64,000 nt of DNA from the human T2T-CHM13v2.0 reference genome, Homo sapiens, in assembly GCF_009914755.1 (NCBI RefSeq), contig NC_060929.1; one strand, given 5' to 3'. Below the pieces are notes generated by a model. That model ran no database searches and was not told where the DNA came from. It was given only the letters and a program-made list of their open reading frames with translations. A program made the translations under genes and the position numbers. Below are positions 1 through 12,348 of this stretch, piece by piece. The first letter of the stretch is position 1, and every line of letters starts with the position of its first letter.

Positions 1-1466
1 TACAATCCTGGGAAATCCTGGGAAATCCTAGGATCACATGATTATATTATTCCTTTCCTCATTTCCCATAAAGCTTTATGTTGTAGTTTGCAAATAATAG
101 ATATGGCATAAAAGAAAGAAATCAATAAAGGTAAGTGACCCTAAACTATGTAAATTTAGAAGTTTAAAATTTATATAAGAATATAAAAATCTAATACTTA
201 AGTACAAATAAAAACTCATCAAACAATAGGTGAGTAAAACTGTGTGTGTATGTCTGTATATATGTATAGATGCATGTATGTATGTATATAATTTATTGGG
301 TGTACCTGGAAGTTTAAATCTATCATTCATTAGCAAGTCAAAATGATTACTGGATTCTGAGCTCAAAAGTCCCCTTTTCTGTTCTGTACCTCACCTATAG
401 GTTGCCAAACCAAGTTCATAGTTCACTAATGTCAGGGAGAGTTGAGGAAAATCAATAAGAAAACAAAGATCTTAACCTAGAATCAGAACGAAGGATTTTG
501 ACTCTTCACTAGAACAAACAAGCTTTTATCATCACTTGGCTTGGACATACCCAAGAAATTGCAAAGATAGAGATGAACCATGCTCCTGAATCAAATAACT
601 TTTGGCTTAATATTTTTTTAAAATAATGAAAACAAAATTTGTCTCTTTCTAATTGAACCTCACCCTTTATGTGATGTTTTGTGATGAAGGCAATAAATCA
701 CAGAATCCAAATAGGAATCAAATATGTATTTCTTCGGGGTTGTGCCTTTCATGGACAGCTCATGGGTCAGCAGTTTAAACTGCATGTCATCTCTCTTGTT
801 GGTAACTGTTGCTATTCTTTGCTGATTGACTGTAATTGATTGGCCAGTGGGTGGTAAACAGCAGGACAGTGAGACTGCACAGCTTAAACAGCAATGAGGA
901 AGCACTTCAGACATTTTTCAAGACCTTAAGTGGTCTAGTGTTTATTTTCTTTCAAAGGCACATATGTAATTGTGCAATCTTAGCTGTAAGAAGATAAATT
1001 CTTTTTGAAAAGCAGAATTCTTATGAAAATATATGCTTAGTCAAAATCCCAGGTATTACTAAATACTCATTCTCTTATGATCATCTCTCCATGTCTTAAT
1101 TTAAGCATCTTCAATTGTGAATCTACTTCTTGGCAGAATTCTTCTTCACAAATTTTGAGTAGATAATAACAGAAGAGCTTTCCCGAACTTCAACATCTCA
1201 CTTTCACATTCATAAAATTTGTAATTTAAGAGCTGACCTTCATAGGAGATTCTCTTTAATGTACATAGCACCCAATCATTGGCTTAAAAAAAAAGTAGGA
1301 TGACAAAATAAAAGCAGTTTTCACTGATTTTACTTCTTATTGAGAGTAAGGTTTAGACACATGTCTACTTTAAGTCTACTTTTGGTATGGTACTGCGAAG
1401 GCTTCAGCCACCTATATTTCAGACCTGTGATCTAAGAATAGAAATTTGTAATTTATTATCAGTAAC

Positions 1467-1715
1467 TGTGATGTCTGGGATTTGATTTTTACCCCCCTTA
1501 CATGCTAATAAATTAATTTGTTACTGTTTCATAGATTCTGGTAGAAGACACAAGACTCCTGGCTCAAAAACAAATAATTTTAGTATTCACAGCACAGCAA
1601 GTTGATGAGCATCAGCATGATATGTTGGTTTTGCTCTACTTCCTATGGGGGGTAATGCAGAGAGCCAGATGGAGAGTGCACACATAGCAGATTTGCTTGC
1701 AGTTAGAGGAAAAAA
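1467..1715 (-). mobile_element. Partial ERVL LTR (LTR40-like), 3' LTR of degenerate provirus
   Basis: Aligns by eye with 4591-4850 and 29838-30090 (shared ttactgtttca..g.agaagacac/t.aga..cctg..tca and ttta.ta.tcacagc motifs). Only part of the LTR survives. Confidence 0.65.
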
Positions 1716-4590
1716 AGCAGCAGCATGCCCAGGAGTAGTCAGGAGGAGTCCTGAATTTTCAAAATAGGTCTAGATAATTCTTACTGTCTTTTTCCAAAAC
1801 ATTACCCTGAACACAGCCAAAAAGAGATGAACATTTTCTAAGGACAGCAGCATTCAGTGACCAAACTGCCTTACTAAGATGTGTCAAGTAGGAGGATGTG
1901 ATGAGGGGGAGTCAGAAATATCTTTGAACTGATTTTTGAAGAAGTCTTTCTAGTGCTCAACAATACCAGATGCCTGTAGATGGTGTAGAATGTGGAATGT
2001 CCATCAGATAAATGGCCCTTAATAATTAGCCCATTTTGAGGCCAGGCGTGGTGGCTCATCCCTGTAATTCCAGCATGTTGGGAGGCCGAGAGGGGCAGAC
2101 CATAAGGTCAGGAGTTTGAGACGAGCCTGGCCAATATGGTGAAACTCTCTCTTTACTAAAAATATAAATATTAGCCGGGCATGGTGGCAGGTGCCTGTTG
2201 TCCCAGCTACTCGGGAGGTGAGGCAGGACAATCTCTTAAACCCAGGAAGTGGAGGTTGCAGTGTGCTGAGATTGTGCCACTACACTCCAGCCTGGGCAAC
2301 AGAGTGAGACTCCGTCTTAAAAAAAAAATAAATAGCCCATTTTAGACTAACCTTTTGTACTAAGGGCATACTATTTTTCAACTCCAGGTGGGCTGGAAAG
2401 CAGAAAACGTGACACAGTTTAATTTCAAAGCCTACAGCAATGTTGCCAGAGATGAGACAGTAACATGAAAACCTTAAAAAGTTTTAACAGTGGTAAGACA
2501 CCAACAGTAGCTCCAACAGAGAGTCAAGGGTCAATGCATGCAATTTTTCAGGAGTAAACAGGGCCAGCGCATCATGTGGCTTTTTTCTTTTTTTCTGCAA
2601 AACAAATGAGTTAACTTTCACAGAAATCAAAAGTCTAATATACATTGGTAGCTTCTGCATCAGAAACATAGAATTCTTTACTATGTGCCCAGTCCATGAT
2701 GGTGGCTGTGTTGTCATGTCTGCTGTCATGATGACCTGGGTGGCACAGGGTTTATCAGCTACTTGGCTCTAAAGAGGAGTGTCTTTAATCTCCCTGTCTG
2801 AGATCTTCGAAGTGACAGACCAGATGGCTCTGACACTAATAACGACCCAGGAGTCAACAGAAATGTAGCAAAGCTGAACAAAGGGGGATTGACCAAGGCT
2901 ATGAGGACTGCCCTAAGTTTGCTTACCAAGAGGATTGACTGTGTCTGCTTTTGGTTTCACATAGCTGACCTTGACGCTGAACAGTGAGTGGCAGCAGCTC
3001 AGTGGACACCATCAGGTGTCCAGCTAAAGCTGAATTATCAGTGCACCAGGCCCAATCATTTAGTGAAGCCTCTTTGAATCTAGGATCCCATTGTTCCAGC
3101 TACTTTAATTCCATTTTAATGTAAAACTGAGATGACACTCGGGCCAGGCTAGCTGCACTAATGAATATGCCATTTCCATTTAGTGAGGCCTGTGGGTTCC
3201 CACCTATCTTGTTAGTCATGAGTTCAAGTTAACCCACTCCTGTTTTGGGTGAGAGATACTAAGCAGAAAAGCCACACGGGGTCCCTGTGAGTAAGGCATT
3301 CCATTTCAAGAGCCTAGTGTTTGCACAGGCCAATAGCTGCATTTCAAAAGGGATGTACTTGGTGCCTGTATCAGGCAGGTGGTGCTGTTTCACTGGGAAA
3401 TAGCCTGAGTCTTCCCATAGTCTTTCAAGTCTATAATTGTGAGGATTGTTTTCTGCTAGAGCACCCTGCAGGAGACAGTAGGTGCAGCAGTCCCTGAGCA
3501 AGAGAGTGCCTTCTGGCACTTAGGGGATGGAGAAGTGCAGGCATCTACTACACCATTCCATTTTAAATTCAGATGTGGGAACACAAAAATCACTACATTG
3601 AATTAGCCCACTGGGCCCCACCCACAATGTCACTAACAAAGATAAGTCCCATCAAAACTCCCATGGGTTGAATTTGAGCACCATTTTCCCCTAAGGAAAC
3701 ATAGACCAAGAAGTTAACAAGTATGTGAGTTAGGGCTATAGCAACAACTGCCAGGAGACTACATTGTCTCCCAGCAAGGAATGCATGGCGTGCAGTGTGG
3801 CAGCAGAGAGTGTCTCACAGGAAACAGGGAAGATAAGGAGGCTTTTTCTTTGCCCTTGATCTCTCCAGAATTAGCGCCTAAGCACAGTTATGCTTCCTTC
3901 CCTGTGTACCTCCCAGCATCTGAGTGTCTGGGACTAGGGACCCCTTCTTGCACCTGCACAGCCCACTGTGGCTCCCACCTAACAGCCCTCATGTCCTTTG
4001 GTCACCCTGCACTTAGTGCTCTGTCTTCCTTGGCAGCCAAGTTGGGCTGCAGCAGGGATAAGATATGCTACAGCAGCTGGCTCTGCACCATTAGAAACAG
4101 TTTTGCACTTATTTTAGGTTTCCAGCAGCCACTCATTTGCAGCTCAGAAAAACAAATTTCCAATATTTTTAGCCCAACCAAAGGTCTGCGTCAAATAGCA
4201 AGGTCATCATTGCTGACACCATTTATTTCAACTTTTTGGATTCCTAGGCTCCACAACCACAGCCACATTGCCTTTCAGTTGGGGCCTCAGGGCTTATTGC
4301 TTCATTGTCATGGTAGCAATCTTTTGTCCTCTTCCCTGGAGGACAGTAAACAATAACCAATGTACCTTTTGGGCAGCTTGTTTCAACCTTATCTCTCACT
4401 GCCTAGGCTCATTAACAGTTAGGACAAGGAAAGGCCCTTACTCTGCCTCCTCCATCCTTCCCTACATCTTGGAGTGAGTACATTCACTACCAGTCCCAGG
4501 AGTCCTCCTCTGAACCCAACTTTTAGGATTCTTGTCCTTCCTCTGCCAGAAAGCCAATCTCTTTCAATATTCTATCCTTATCTCTAAAAC
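1716..4590 (-). mobile_element. Degenerate ERVL-class internal region (gag-pol relic), interrupted by an Alu
   Basis: Minus-strand translation gives YIPFEMQLLAC (~3330-3360, RT-RNase H connection), KWKWHIH (~3160-3182), AWCTDNSA (3028-3051), YISVDSWVVISVRAIWS (~2815-2867, RNase H), YCWCLTTV (~2485-2510) and WTFHILHHLQASGIVE (~1956-2003, integrase), in retroviral order with stops and frameshifts. Confidence 0.8.
2040..2332 (+). mobile_element. AluS (full length) inserted into the ERVL integrase relic
   Basis: Dimeric Alu with A-tail; TSD tagcccatttt at 2027-2037 and ~2333-2343. Confidence 0.95.
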
Positions 4591-5040
4591 TACTGGGTCT
4601 AGAATTTTATTTTACCCTCCTTACAAACTAATAAGTTAGTCTATTACTGTTTCAAGGATACTGGCAGGAGACACAAGATTAATGGGTCAGAGGCAAAAGA
4701 ATTTATTACTCACAGTTCAGTAAGTAGCATGAGCATCCGCATGTTTGCTTTAGTTCCTCTTGCCCCCAGGGTTAGGGTGGTGAGGAAGAGGGTCCACATG
4801 AATGCTACATATATAAGCTGGGTTTGCATTGTAGCTGAGGAACACCTTGCATTTTAGAGCAAGCAGTAAGCAATCCTGCTCTTTGTCCTGAAGGGGAGAG
4901 CTTACTTCTCCCTCAAGGGTATCTAATAGAAACCCTGAGAAATGGTCCAGATAAAAAATAGTCAGGGTCTTGCACTTTGAATACATCCTGCAGGAAAAGA
5001 CAGGGAGTCTCGTGGCCCATGACAACTGCCTCTCCCAACA
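4591..5040 (-). mobile_element. ERVL LTR (LTR40-like), 5' LTR of provirus
   Basis: Ends in tctcccaaca (TGTTGGGAGA on the minus strand, the LTR40-type start); homologous to 1467-1715 and 29838-30285. Confidence 0.75.
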
Positions 5041-5064
5041 TTAACATGTTTGACCACCCATTAC

Positions 5065-5280
5065 ACACCATAAGATACTCTACTAAGTTCCTTTACTGCC
5101 TTATTTCATTTAATCAGCAGGCCAACTCTGTGAGTCAAGTACCATTATTATCATCCCCATTTTTTAGATGAGAAAACTGATGTTCAGAGAGTTTAATAGG
5201 CCAAAATCACATAACTGTAAAAGGAGAAACTAGTGTTCAAATCTAAGTCTCATACCAAGGCCCATTCTCTTAACCACTGT
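5065..5280 (-). mobile_element. MIR SINE
   Basis: Core ccccattttttagatgagaaaactga and terminal tcttaaccactgt. Confidence 0.85.
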
Positions 5281-5801
5281 CTTACGTCTGTCCAGTTGTT
5301 GACTCAGGATTCTGCAAAGTTCTTCAGGGCATTTTAATATATGTACTTACCAGGGTTGGACATTTACACACTCAAAGACATATTAATATCTAGCCAGTTG
5401 AAGCACAAATGTTATGAGGGCAGACATATTTCCCCTACTTTATATAAGGTTGATAATGGTTGCCTTCTCTGTGTAGATGCAGGTAAAATGTCTACAAGAT
5501 ATCTTGGAGGGTCACCATTTGCCTCTGTTTACCACCAGCCTCTCATAGTTTATGCTTATTGTTCTAATGTATTCATAGTGCCCCTACAGAGAATCACAAC
5601 AATTATTCATCATAATTTTTATCGTGAGGATAGTTTTATTAAAAAATTATCGAAAAGATAGAGGAAAAGGAATTAATTGGGAAATCTTATATATCTGAGC
5701 AGCACTTCCCAACTTTATATATCAGAGCAGTCTTTTCAAAACCATTGTTTGAAAATGTATACGCTCTGCAAACACAGTAGTAATCTGATTAAACATTTTC
5801 T

Positions 5802-5936
5802 TGTTTATTTATTTTTTATTGAGACAGAGTCTCACTATGTTCCCCAAGTTAGTCTCGAATTCCTGGGCTCAAGCCATCTTCCTGCCTTGGCCTCCCACAG
5901 TACTGGGATTGTAGGTGTGAGCCACCATGCCCGGCC
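5802..5936 (-). mobile_element. FLAM_C-type Alu monomer
   Basis: Single left monomer with T-rich tail; near-perfect TSD tgatta(a)acattttct at 5786-5801 and 5937-5951. Confidence 0.9.
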
Positions 5937-6601
5937 TGATTAACATTTTCTGGTGCACATCAGTACTCTTCTAATTATTCCTGCCTTGTTTTCTGGTTTT
6001 CCCACAACTCAGTAACTCCCCATCTATATCCAACAGATAAACTCCAGCCAGTACATACAAACAATAAATATGCTAGAAATGAGTAAAAGGCCAGTTAACC
6101 TGCATATATAGTTCAGCCTACTGGAATAACATTTATTCAATAAAACATTTTAACTGAACACTAGTTATGTGCATGTCATTGAAAGTCCTGAATATGCAAA
6201 ATAAACTTTAGATCAATTCCCACTGATACGTGCATTACCTAACAATATGCCCACATGTATCTAAAATAATATTATAGTGAAACATTCACAATAATTTAAA
6301 AACATGAATTATAATTATATAAGTAAATATGTAAATATATGAATATAAATATGTGTGGAATGAAAACATAAATGAATTTAATAGCAAGAAATTAAATTTT
6401 TCAAAATTTAATTTTTGGTAAAATTATTTTGATTCATAAAAGTTGAACAAGATTAATAATAATGACAGTAACAAAAACAGTAGACACTACTTCCAGGAGT
6501 TTACCACCTAATCAAGGAGAGAAAAAATTCTCAAGAAATGGTTGCATAATACTTTCCAACCAATATAATCTATGTGCAAATTCCCACTCTGCCTTTTCTT
6601 T

Positions 6602-7323
6602 CTTTTTTTTTTTTTTTTTTACTGGTAATAGAGTTTATTCAAATACAGGCGCTGGGGCTTGCCCATGGTGCTCTTGATATATAAGGCCGGACATTCTGCC
6701 AGTATTTCTTGAGCAATGACAACAAGAAGCTGACAGCCAGGTGAATGTTATCCACAAGCTCATCGTCTGTCATCTTCACGTGACCAACAGCTACAGCCAG
6801 ATATAACACCTTCTTCATTTGGAACTTGATTGTGAACTTCACCTCATCCACTTTGGCCACCATGTTTTCGTTGTGTGTGAGCAGGGAAGGGAACTTTCCT
6901 GCCTTATTTAGATCTGGGCCGAGGATTCGTGGAATCTGCTTGATCAGAGACTCTGAGGCCAAAAACGCATCATACTTCTTGGCCAGCTTCTTGACCAGTT
7001 TTTTATTCTTGTTGAGTTTTTTCAGCGCCTCAGTGTCCATGTGGGGGATATCCATGGCCTTGGCCTCGTCGCAGTGCTACTGGTCCGCCAGAACACACAC
7101 AGAGAACTTGGGGCGGGGAGTGGACTTAAGCCTGATGGTGCCCGAGGAGCACTTGTCCTTCTGTGGGTCATACTTCTTCAAGCTGATCTGCACCTACACC
7201 GTCTCCTGGAATTTGTGGCGCTAGCGCTGGTTCCTGTGCAGGACTTTCCGCACTGCCTCCCACTGGGTGTCGCGAGAGACTTTGCTGCTCATGGCTTCTG
7301 CCGCCGCGCTAACCGGAAAAGAG
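6602..7323 (-). pseudogene. RPL10A: Processed pseudogene of ribosomal protein L10a (uL1)
   Basis: Intronless. ATG at 7292 reads MSSKVSRDT; the C-terminal part matches RPL10A ([36 protein letters not shown]). TAG stops at codons 24, 33 and 72; 1-bp frameshift near VRALY; AATAAA followed by poly(A) (T-run to 6620); 5'TOP ctcttttcc at 7323; TSD tctgccttttcttt at 6588-6601 and 7324-7337. Confidence 0.97.
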
Positions 7324-8059
7324 TCTGCCTTTTCTTTAACATTTTATTTTGTATAAAGAAAACAATATGGAAAGGGCCCAGAGTGAGAAAGGAGATGGGA
7401 AGTAAAATTTTCATTCAGTCTGGACATCTGTAACAGAGAGATATAATCTCTAGGGTAGTTAAGGTACACACAAGCCTATGGGAAAAATGATGTGGTTTGA
7501 AAGGTGTTTAAATCCATTTACACTTTTAGCAGATTAGACCACCTGCTACACAGCAATATCCTGAGGGTATTGACTGAGGACAGCTAAGTTTTGATGAAAG
7601 AAGGGATAAAGACCAGAATTGAAGTTATTTAGATAGGATTTCAGATCTCTGAGTGAGAAAATTCAGGAGGAAGCCCTTAAGATTAAAGAGGTACCAGCAT
7701 GAGGGCCTAGGGTTTCTCGGAAAAATTAGGAAGGAAGAATGGAGAGGGAATAAAAGTAGAAGTGGGGATTTCAATTTTAGTTTTCATGCCCAGAATATCA
7801 CGATTTAGTCTTGAAAACAGCATCCGGCTCTCGTTCATTTTTGTACTGACGTAACATACCTTCTATTTGCTAGCTTTCAGGGATAATTATTCAGAATGCC
7901 AGCCTCTACTATTCTCATCAGGCTTGCTTGGAAAGATAGTCCTTCTGTGGATGAAATGTATGGTACCTAGAAGTGTACCTAGCCACCATAATTAAAGTGT
8001 AATAGGCAAGTAGATAAACAAATGGTTAGATCAATAACAGTAAGCCAGGCATTCCAAAG

Positions 8060-8200
8060 TATTTGGGTTTCTTTCATTTTGCTCTGGGGCAAGTCACCTG
8101 ACCTCTTTGTCAGAGTTTTCTCATAGTTAAAAATAGGGCAAATCAATTGTTTCCTACTGTGTTTCCTGGGAGTATAAAATTTGGTTCATTTTAAAGAACT
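8060..8200 (+). mobile_element. MIR fragment
   Basis: ggggcaagtcacctgacctctttgtc..gttttctcat core. Confidence 0.6.
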
Positions 8201-9783
8201 TTGTAGCAGTTCAATATTATAACACCGAACATATGGATTCTTCCTTAGATAAACTTCAAAATATTACATTATTTTTGTTAAAAAAAATAAAACTCCACTA
8301 TTCTCTCTTTGAACCATCTCTCTCACAATGTTATCATTGTACACATTCTGAAATTAACTGACGTATTTCCTGCTGCGGCACAGATAGCAGATAAAACGAG
8401 GTTCTGGGCTCCAAAAAGAGCAAAAGCCTACACACAAAAGACTTTTTCTCCCAGAGGTCAGAAAATTCAGCTTGAAGGGTTGGCAAACACCCAATGTATC
8501 ATTCAGCATTACTTGTATATATTGTCTGAGTCCACTACAGCAAGCCAACTAAATGATGAGAACTACCCTCTGGAGATTAATTATGTTTCCTTTCTTATTC
8601 TGCATTGAAGTCTCTTGATAATGTACTCCCAGAACTTCAATTTCCAGGTTACATGCAATATTAAAAGTAGTGGATTCATAGTTTTGAATTGCTATTCTTT
8701 CTCATTTTCATTCCTCTTTTCAGAAAACACAAAGAATGACTAGCTAATTCAAACAACCGTATAATTTGCAGATGGAGATTCTGTAGTGCAACCATGGAAA
8801 ACTTTTGCTCTCCTCATTGTTATGCTTCTTCTGTTAGGATCATCAAAAGCAGGTAAACTTATCAAAGAAAATGACAGATAATTAATCTCTCAGGACATAG
8901 AGAAGGGAGAACGATTTAAATAGTGTCTCTTCTCATTTCTAGTCATATAGGCTTTCATTTTTTAAACCCAACACTTTTAGACTTAAAATAATAGGAACTT
9001 TTCAGAGAAAAAAAGGCATTTTGTTAGTATATTTTTGTTTCAGTTTACAATCAGTGTTGAGACTTTAAATGTCTTTTATAAATTTCATAAGTACCTAACA
9101 CAAGAGTAGGTATGTGACATGTATTTAGCACTTATTAAATAATTTAGATCCAGACTTAAGCTTCATACTAAAATGTTTTTCCTTAAATAATGATGCTTTA
9201 TATAATTCTAAGAAAACTCAAAAATTTTCTGAAATCCTGCCCCCCAAGTTCAATATAGTTTTAAATGAGGTTCTTCTTCCCACATTGAGGAAATTCCCAC
9301 AATCATCTAATAAATTCACTCTGATATATCCATTGTGTGATACACTCCTCTGTTGTTCCAACCTTTATTTCACTTGATATGAACACAGTTATCCCCAAAT
9401 ATACACTGTACTCCCTTGCTTGCCCTCTGTGGCAGGTTTTCAGAATTTTCCTCCAATTGCTCCTCAAAGAGCCTCCAGCTTCACCCATCAGAGCATACAC
9501 ACCCAGTTTCTCCTGTGCAGGGGCTGGTGGAGTCAGATGGCTCTACTTGTCTAGGACCACATATACTATGTTCATATTTGAATGGAAAAGGGAGAAAAAG
9601 CTAAAATACATTAAAGTGAATGGCAAAAAAAAAAAAAATAGAAAAAGTAAAAAGTGATCAGTAAAAAGTAAAAAGTAAAAAGTGATCAACTTTCATATAT
9701 AGATAATAAATAGAAATCTTTAGACGCCATGGTCTACCAATTCTTATTTGTCTTGCTGATTAAAGCAAAAACATTCATGTGGA

Positions 9784-10101
<318 letters not shown>

Positions 10102-10173
10102 CCATACATATAGGAACCAAAAATAAATGTTCTCCAGTAATAATGCTGTTCAATCAAGAATAAAGACTAGAAG

Positions 10174-10432
10174 GTAGTGGTTAGGGGGTCCCACTTCGGA
10201 GCCTGATATCTAGGCTCTAATCCTGTTCTGCTCCTTGTAAGGCCTTGGGCAGGTTACTTAACCCTCAAGGGCTTCGGTTTACTCATCTGTAAAGTGGGGA
10301 GCATTTGTCTAGATTTGTCTATCTCTTCATAGAGCTGTGGTGAGAATGAAAATTAATCATATGTGTAAAATATTTAAGTCGGTGTCTAGCATGCAATAGA
10401 GGACTCAGTTATGTTAGCCATTCAACTATTAT
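10174..10432 (+). mobile_element. MIR SINE, near full length
   Basis: gtagtggttag start and ccttgggcaggttacttaacc..ctcatctgtaaagtgggga core. Confidence 0.85.
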
Positions 10433-10907
10433 CCTGACTGTCTTTAGACCTTTATGGTACAACTGTAATACTTTCATCAGACCAACCAACTTACCAGGTC
10501 CACAAAAAAAAGATCAGATAAGTAGATACAAAGAATTTCATTTATTCATGAAAAAAACCTGAAGAGATTATTGAATTGACTCAAAGTCTCTTACTCTCTG
10601 CTCTGAATCTTGATTAACTTTGTTAGTAATTAAAATACACATTTATTCTCTTTTATTCTTTTTAAATTACCAAGCTCACCAATATTAGCTTTTGTGATAG
10701 AACATGCTGTGAAAATTACTACATCAGTCTATTCCACACTTGAAATCCATTGACCTGGAAATGAGAAAATAACCAAATCTAACATTTGATATAAATATTA
10801 TCATAAAAACAGTGATATCGAGCCCACTACTTAAACAATGACTAAAATATTATTTCAGAAATGGAATTTTGCCTAGGAAAAAATTACATTTTAAAACAGT
10901 GAGACAG

Positions 10908-11197
10908 CATCATTCTCAGCAAACTATCGCAAGGACAAAAAACCAAACACTGCATGTTCTCACTCATAGGTGGGAATTGAACAGTGAGAACACATGGACA
11001 CAGGAAGGGGAACATCACACACTGGGGCCTGTTGTGGGGTGGGGGGAGGGGGGAGGGATAGCATTAGGAGATATACCTAATGCTAAATGACAAGTTAATG
11101 GGTGCAGCACACCAACATGGCACATGTATACATATATAACAAACCTGCACGTTGTGCACATGTACCCTAAAACTTAAAGTATAATAATAAAAAAAAG
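10908..11197 (+). mobile_element. 5'-truncated young L1PA (PA3-PA5-like) 3' end
   Basis: ORF2 end atgttctcactcataggtgggaattgaa, G-rich 3'UTR tract, taaaacttaaagtataataat plus A-tail. Confidence 0.95.
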
Positions 11198-11344
11198 AAT
11201 GTTGAAGGAAGATAGAAGAAATATAGAACAAAAGTGAAGGTGGCTTATCAGAGAATTTGTGACCTGGATGTAGGAAGTTTGAGACTTTAGAGGGATGCTA
11301 AGGAGAATAACATGTGATCACTACACTAAAAAGCTTATAACTCT

Positions 11345-11674
11345 GCAGTCATATCGTGTACTTCTAATGTCAGGCACAATGCGAATTCCTCCTATGTATA
11401 CCATCTAGAGTAAATACTGCAAATCAGTTTATTGAACCCCATGATGAACCCAGTTTGAAACTGCCTTCCTGTATAATAAATACTGGTAAGCTAAAAACTG
11501 CATTTTTAGATTCCTTACAGTTAGAAATTTGCAGGTGTTATAACTGGGAGTTTCTTCTGGCTTTATTGTTTTTGGCTAAGTAGAAACCAAAATCAGTTCC
11601 CTTGACTTCCTGGGACTTCTTTATTTTGCCTAATACTCTATAATAAATCTCTCCCCTTTCTGCTTAAACTAGCT
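11345..11674 (+). mobile_element. Old ERVL-type LTR (LTR33/LTR67B-like), split by an MLT2; resumes at ~12127-12150
   Basis: aataaatctctcccctttctgcttaaactag continues as actagagtggttttgttgtc after the MLT2. Confidence 0.5.
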
Positions 11675-11723
11675 TATTAGGGTTCTCCCGAGAAACAGAA
11701 TTAAAAGGGTGTGTGTGTGTGTA

Positions 11724-11756
<33 letters not shown>

Positions 11757-12127
11757 TCACGCATGCTCGTGTTTGTGGCGAGAAAAAGAGATGGAATTGG
11801 CTCACATGATTGTGAAGACTGGCAAGTTCAAGATCTTCCGGGTAGGTTAGCAGACTGGAGACCCAGGGAAGGGTTGCAATTTGAGTTCAAAGACAGTATG
11901 CTGGCAGAATTTCTCCTTCCAGAGAGGTCAGTCTTTCTACTGAAGCCTTCAACTGTTTGGATGATACCCACTCCCATTATAGAAGGTAATCTTCTTTATT
12001 AAAAGTCTACTAATTAAATTTTAATCTGATCTAAAAAAATCTTCACAGAAACATTTAGATTAACATTTGACCAAATATCTGGGTACCATAGCCTAGTCAA
12101 TTTGACATATTTTTTAAAAAAATCATA
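11675..12127 (-). mobile_element. MLT2 (ERVL LTR, MLT2C/D-like) with internal (TG)n
   Basis: ttagggttctcccgagaaacagaa, ggaattggctcacatgattgtg, tttgaccaaatatctgggtacc..gtcaatttgacat. Confidence 0.85.
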
Positions 12128-12164
12128 ACTAGAGTGGTTTTGTTGTCCATATAAAGAGCTCTAT

Positions 12165-12348
12165 CATATCATTTCACATAATCCTCACAATAAACTTGCA
12201 GGTTAAGGACCACAATCCTTATTTCATAGATAAGAAAACCAAATTCCAAAATATCTTGCACTGCACCATGAAACTAGTAAGTAGCTTAATATGATTTGGA
12301 GTCAGAACTCTAGATTCCAAGACGAGTGCTCTTTCAGTTACACTGCTA
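12165..12348 (-). mobile_element. MIR SINE
   Basis: aatcctcacaataaac..ttcatagataagaaaacc..gtgctctttc. Confidence 0.7.

Noticed and set aside
4-33. Short tandem duplications (aatcctggga x2-3 here; also ~9642-9688, ~19248-19285, ~38512-38535)
   Set aside because: Ordinary slippage duplications with no further structure.
660-914. 84-aa minus-strand ORF ending at a splice-donor-like site
   Set aside because: No recognisable homology or downstream coding exons; the length is within chance expectation.
3781-4356. 191-aa plus-strand ORF
   Set aside because: Antisense to the ERVL internal relic; no recognisable domain or gene structure.
6826-7433. 132-aa plus-strand ORF and 130-aa alternative-frame ORF
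   Set aside because: Shadow frames of the RPL10A pseudogene.
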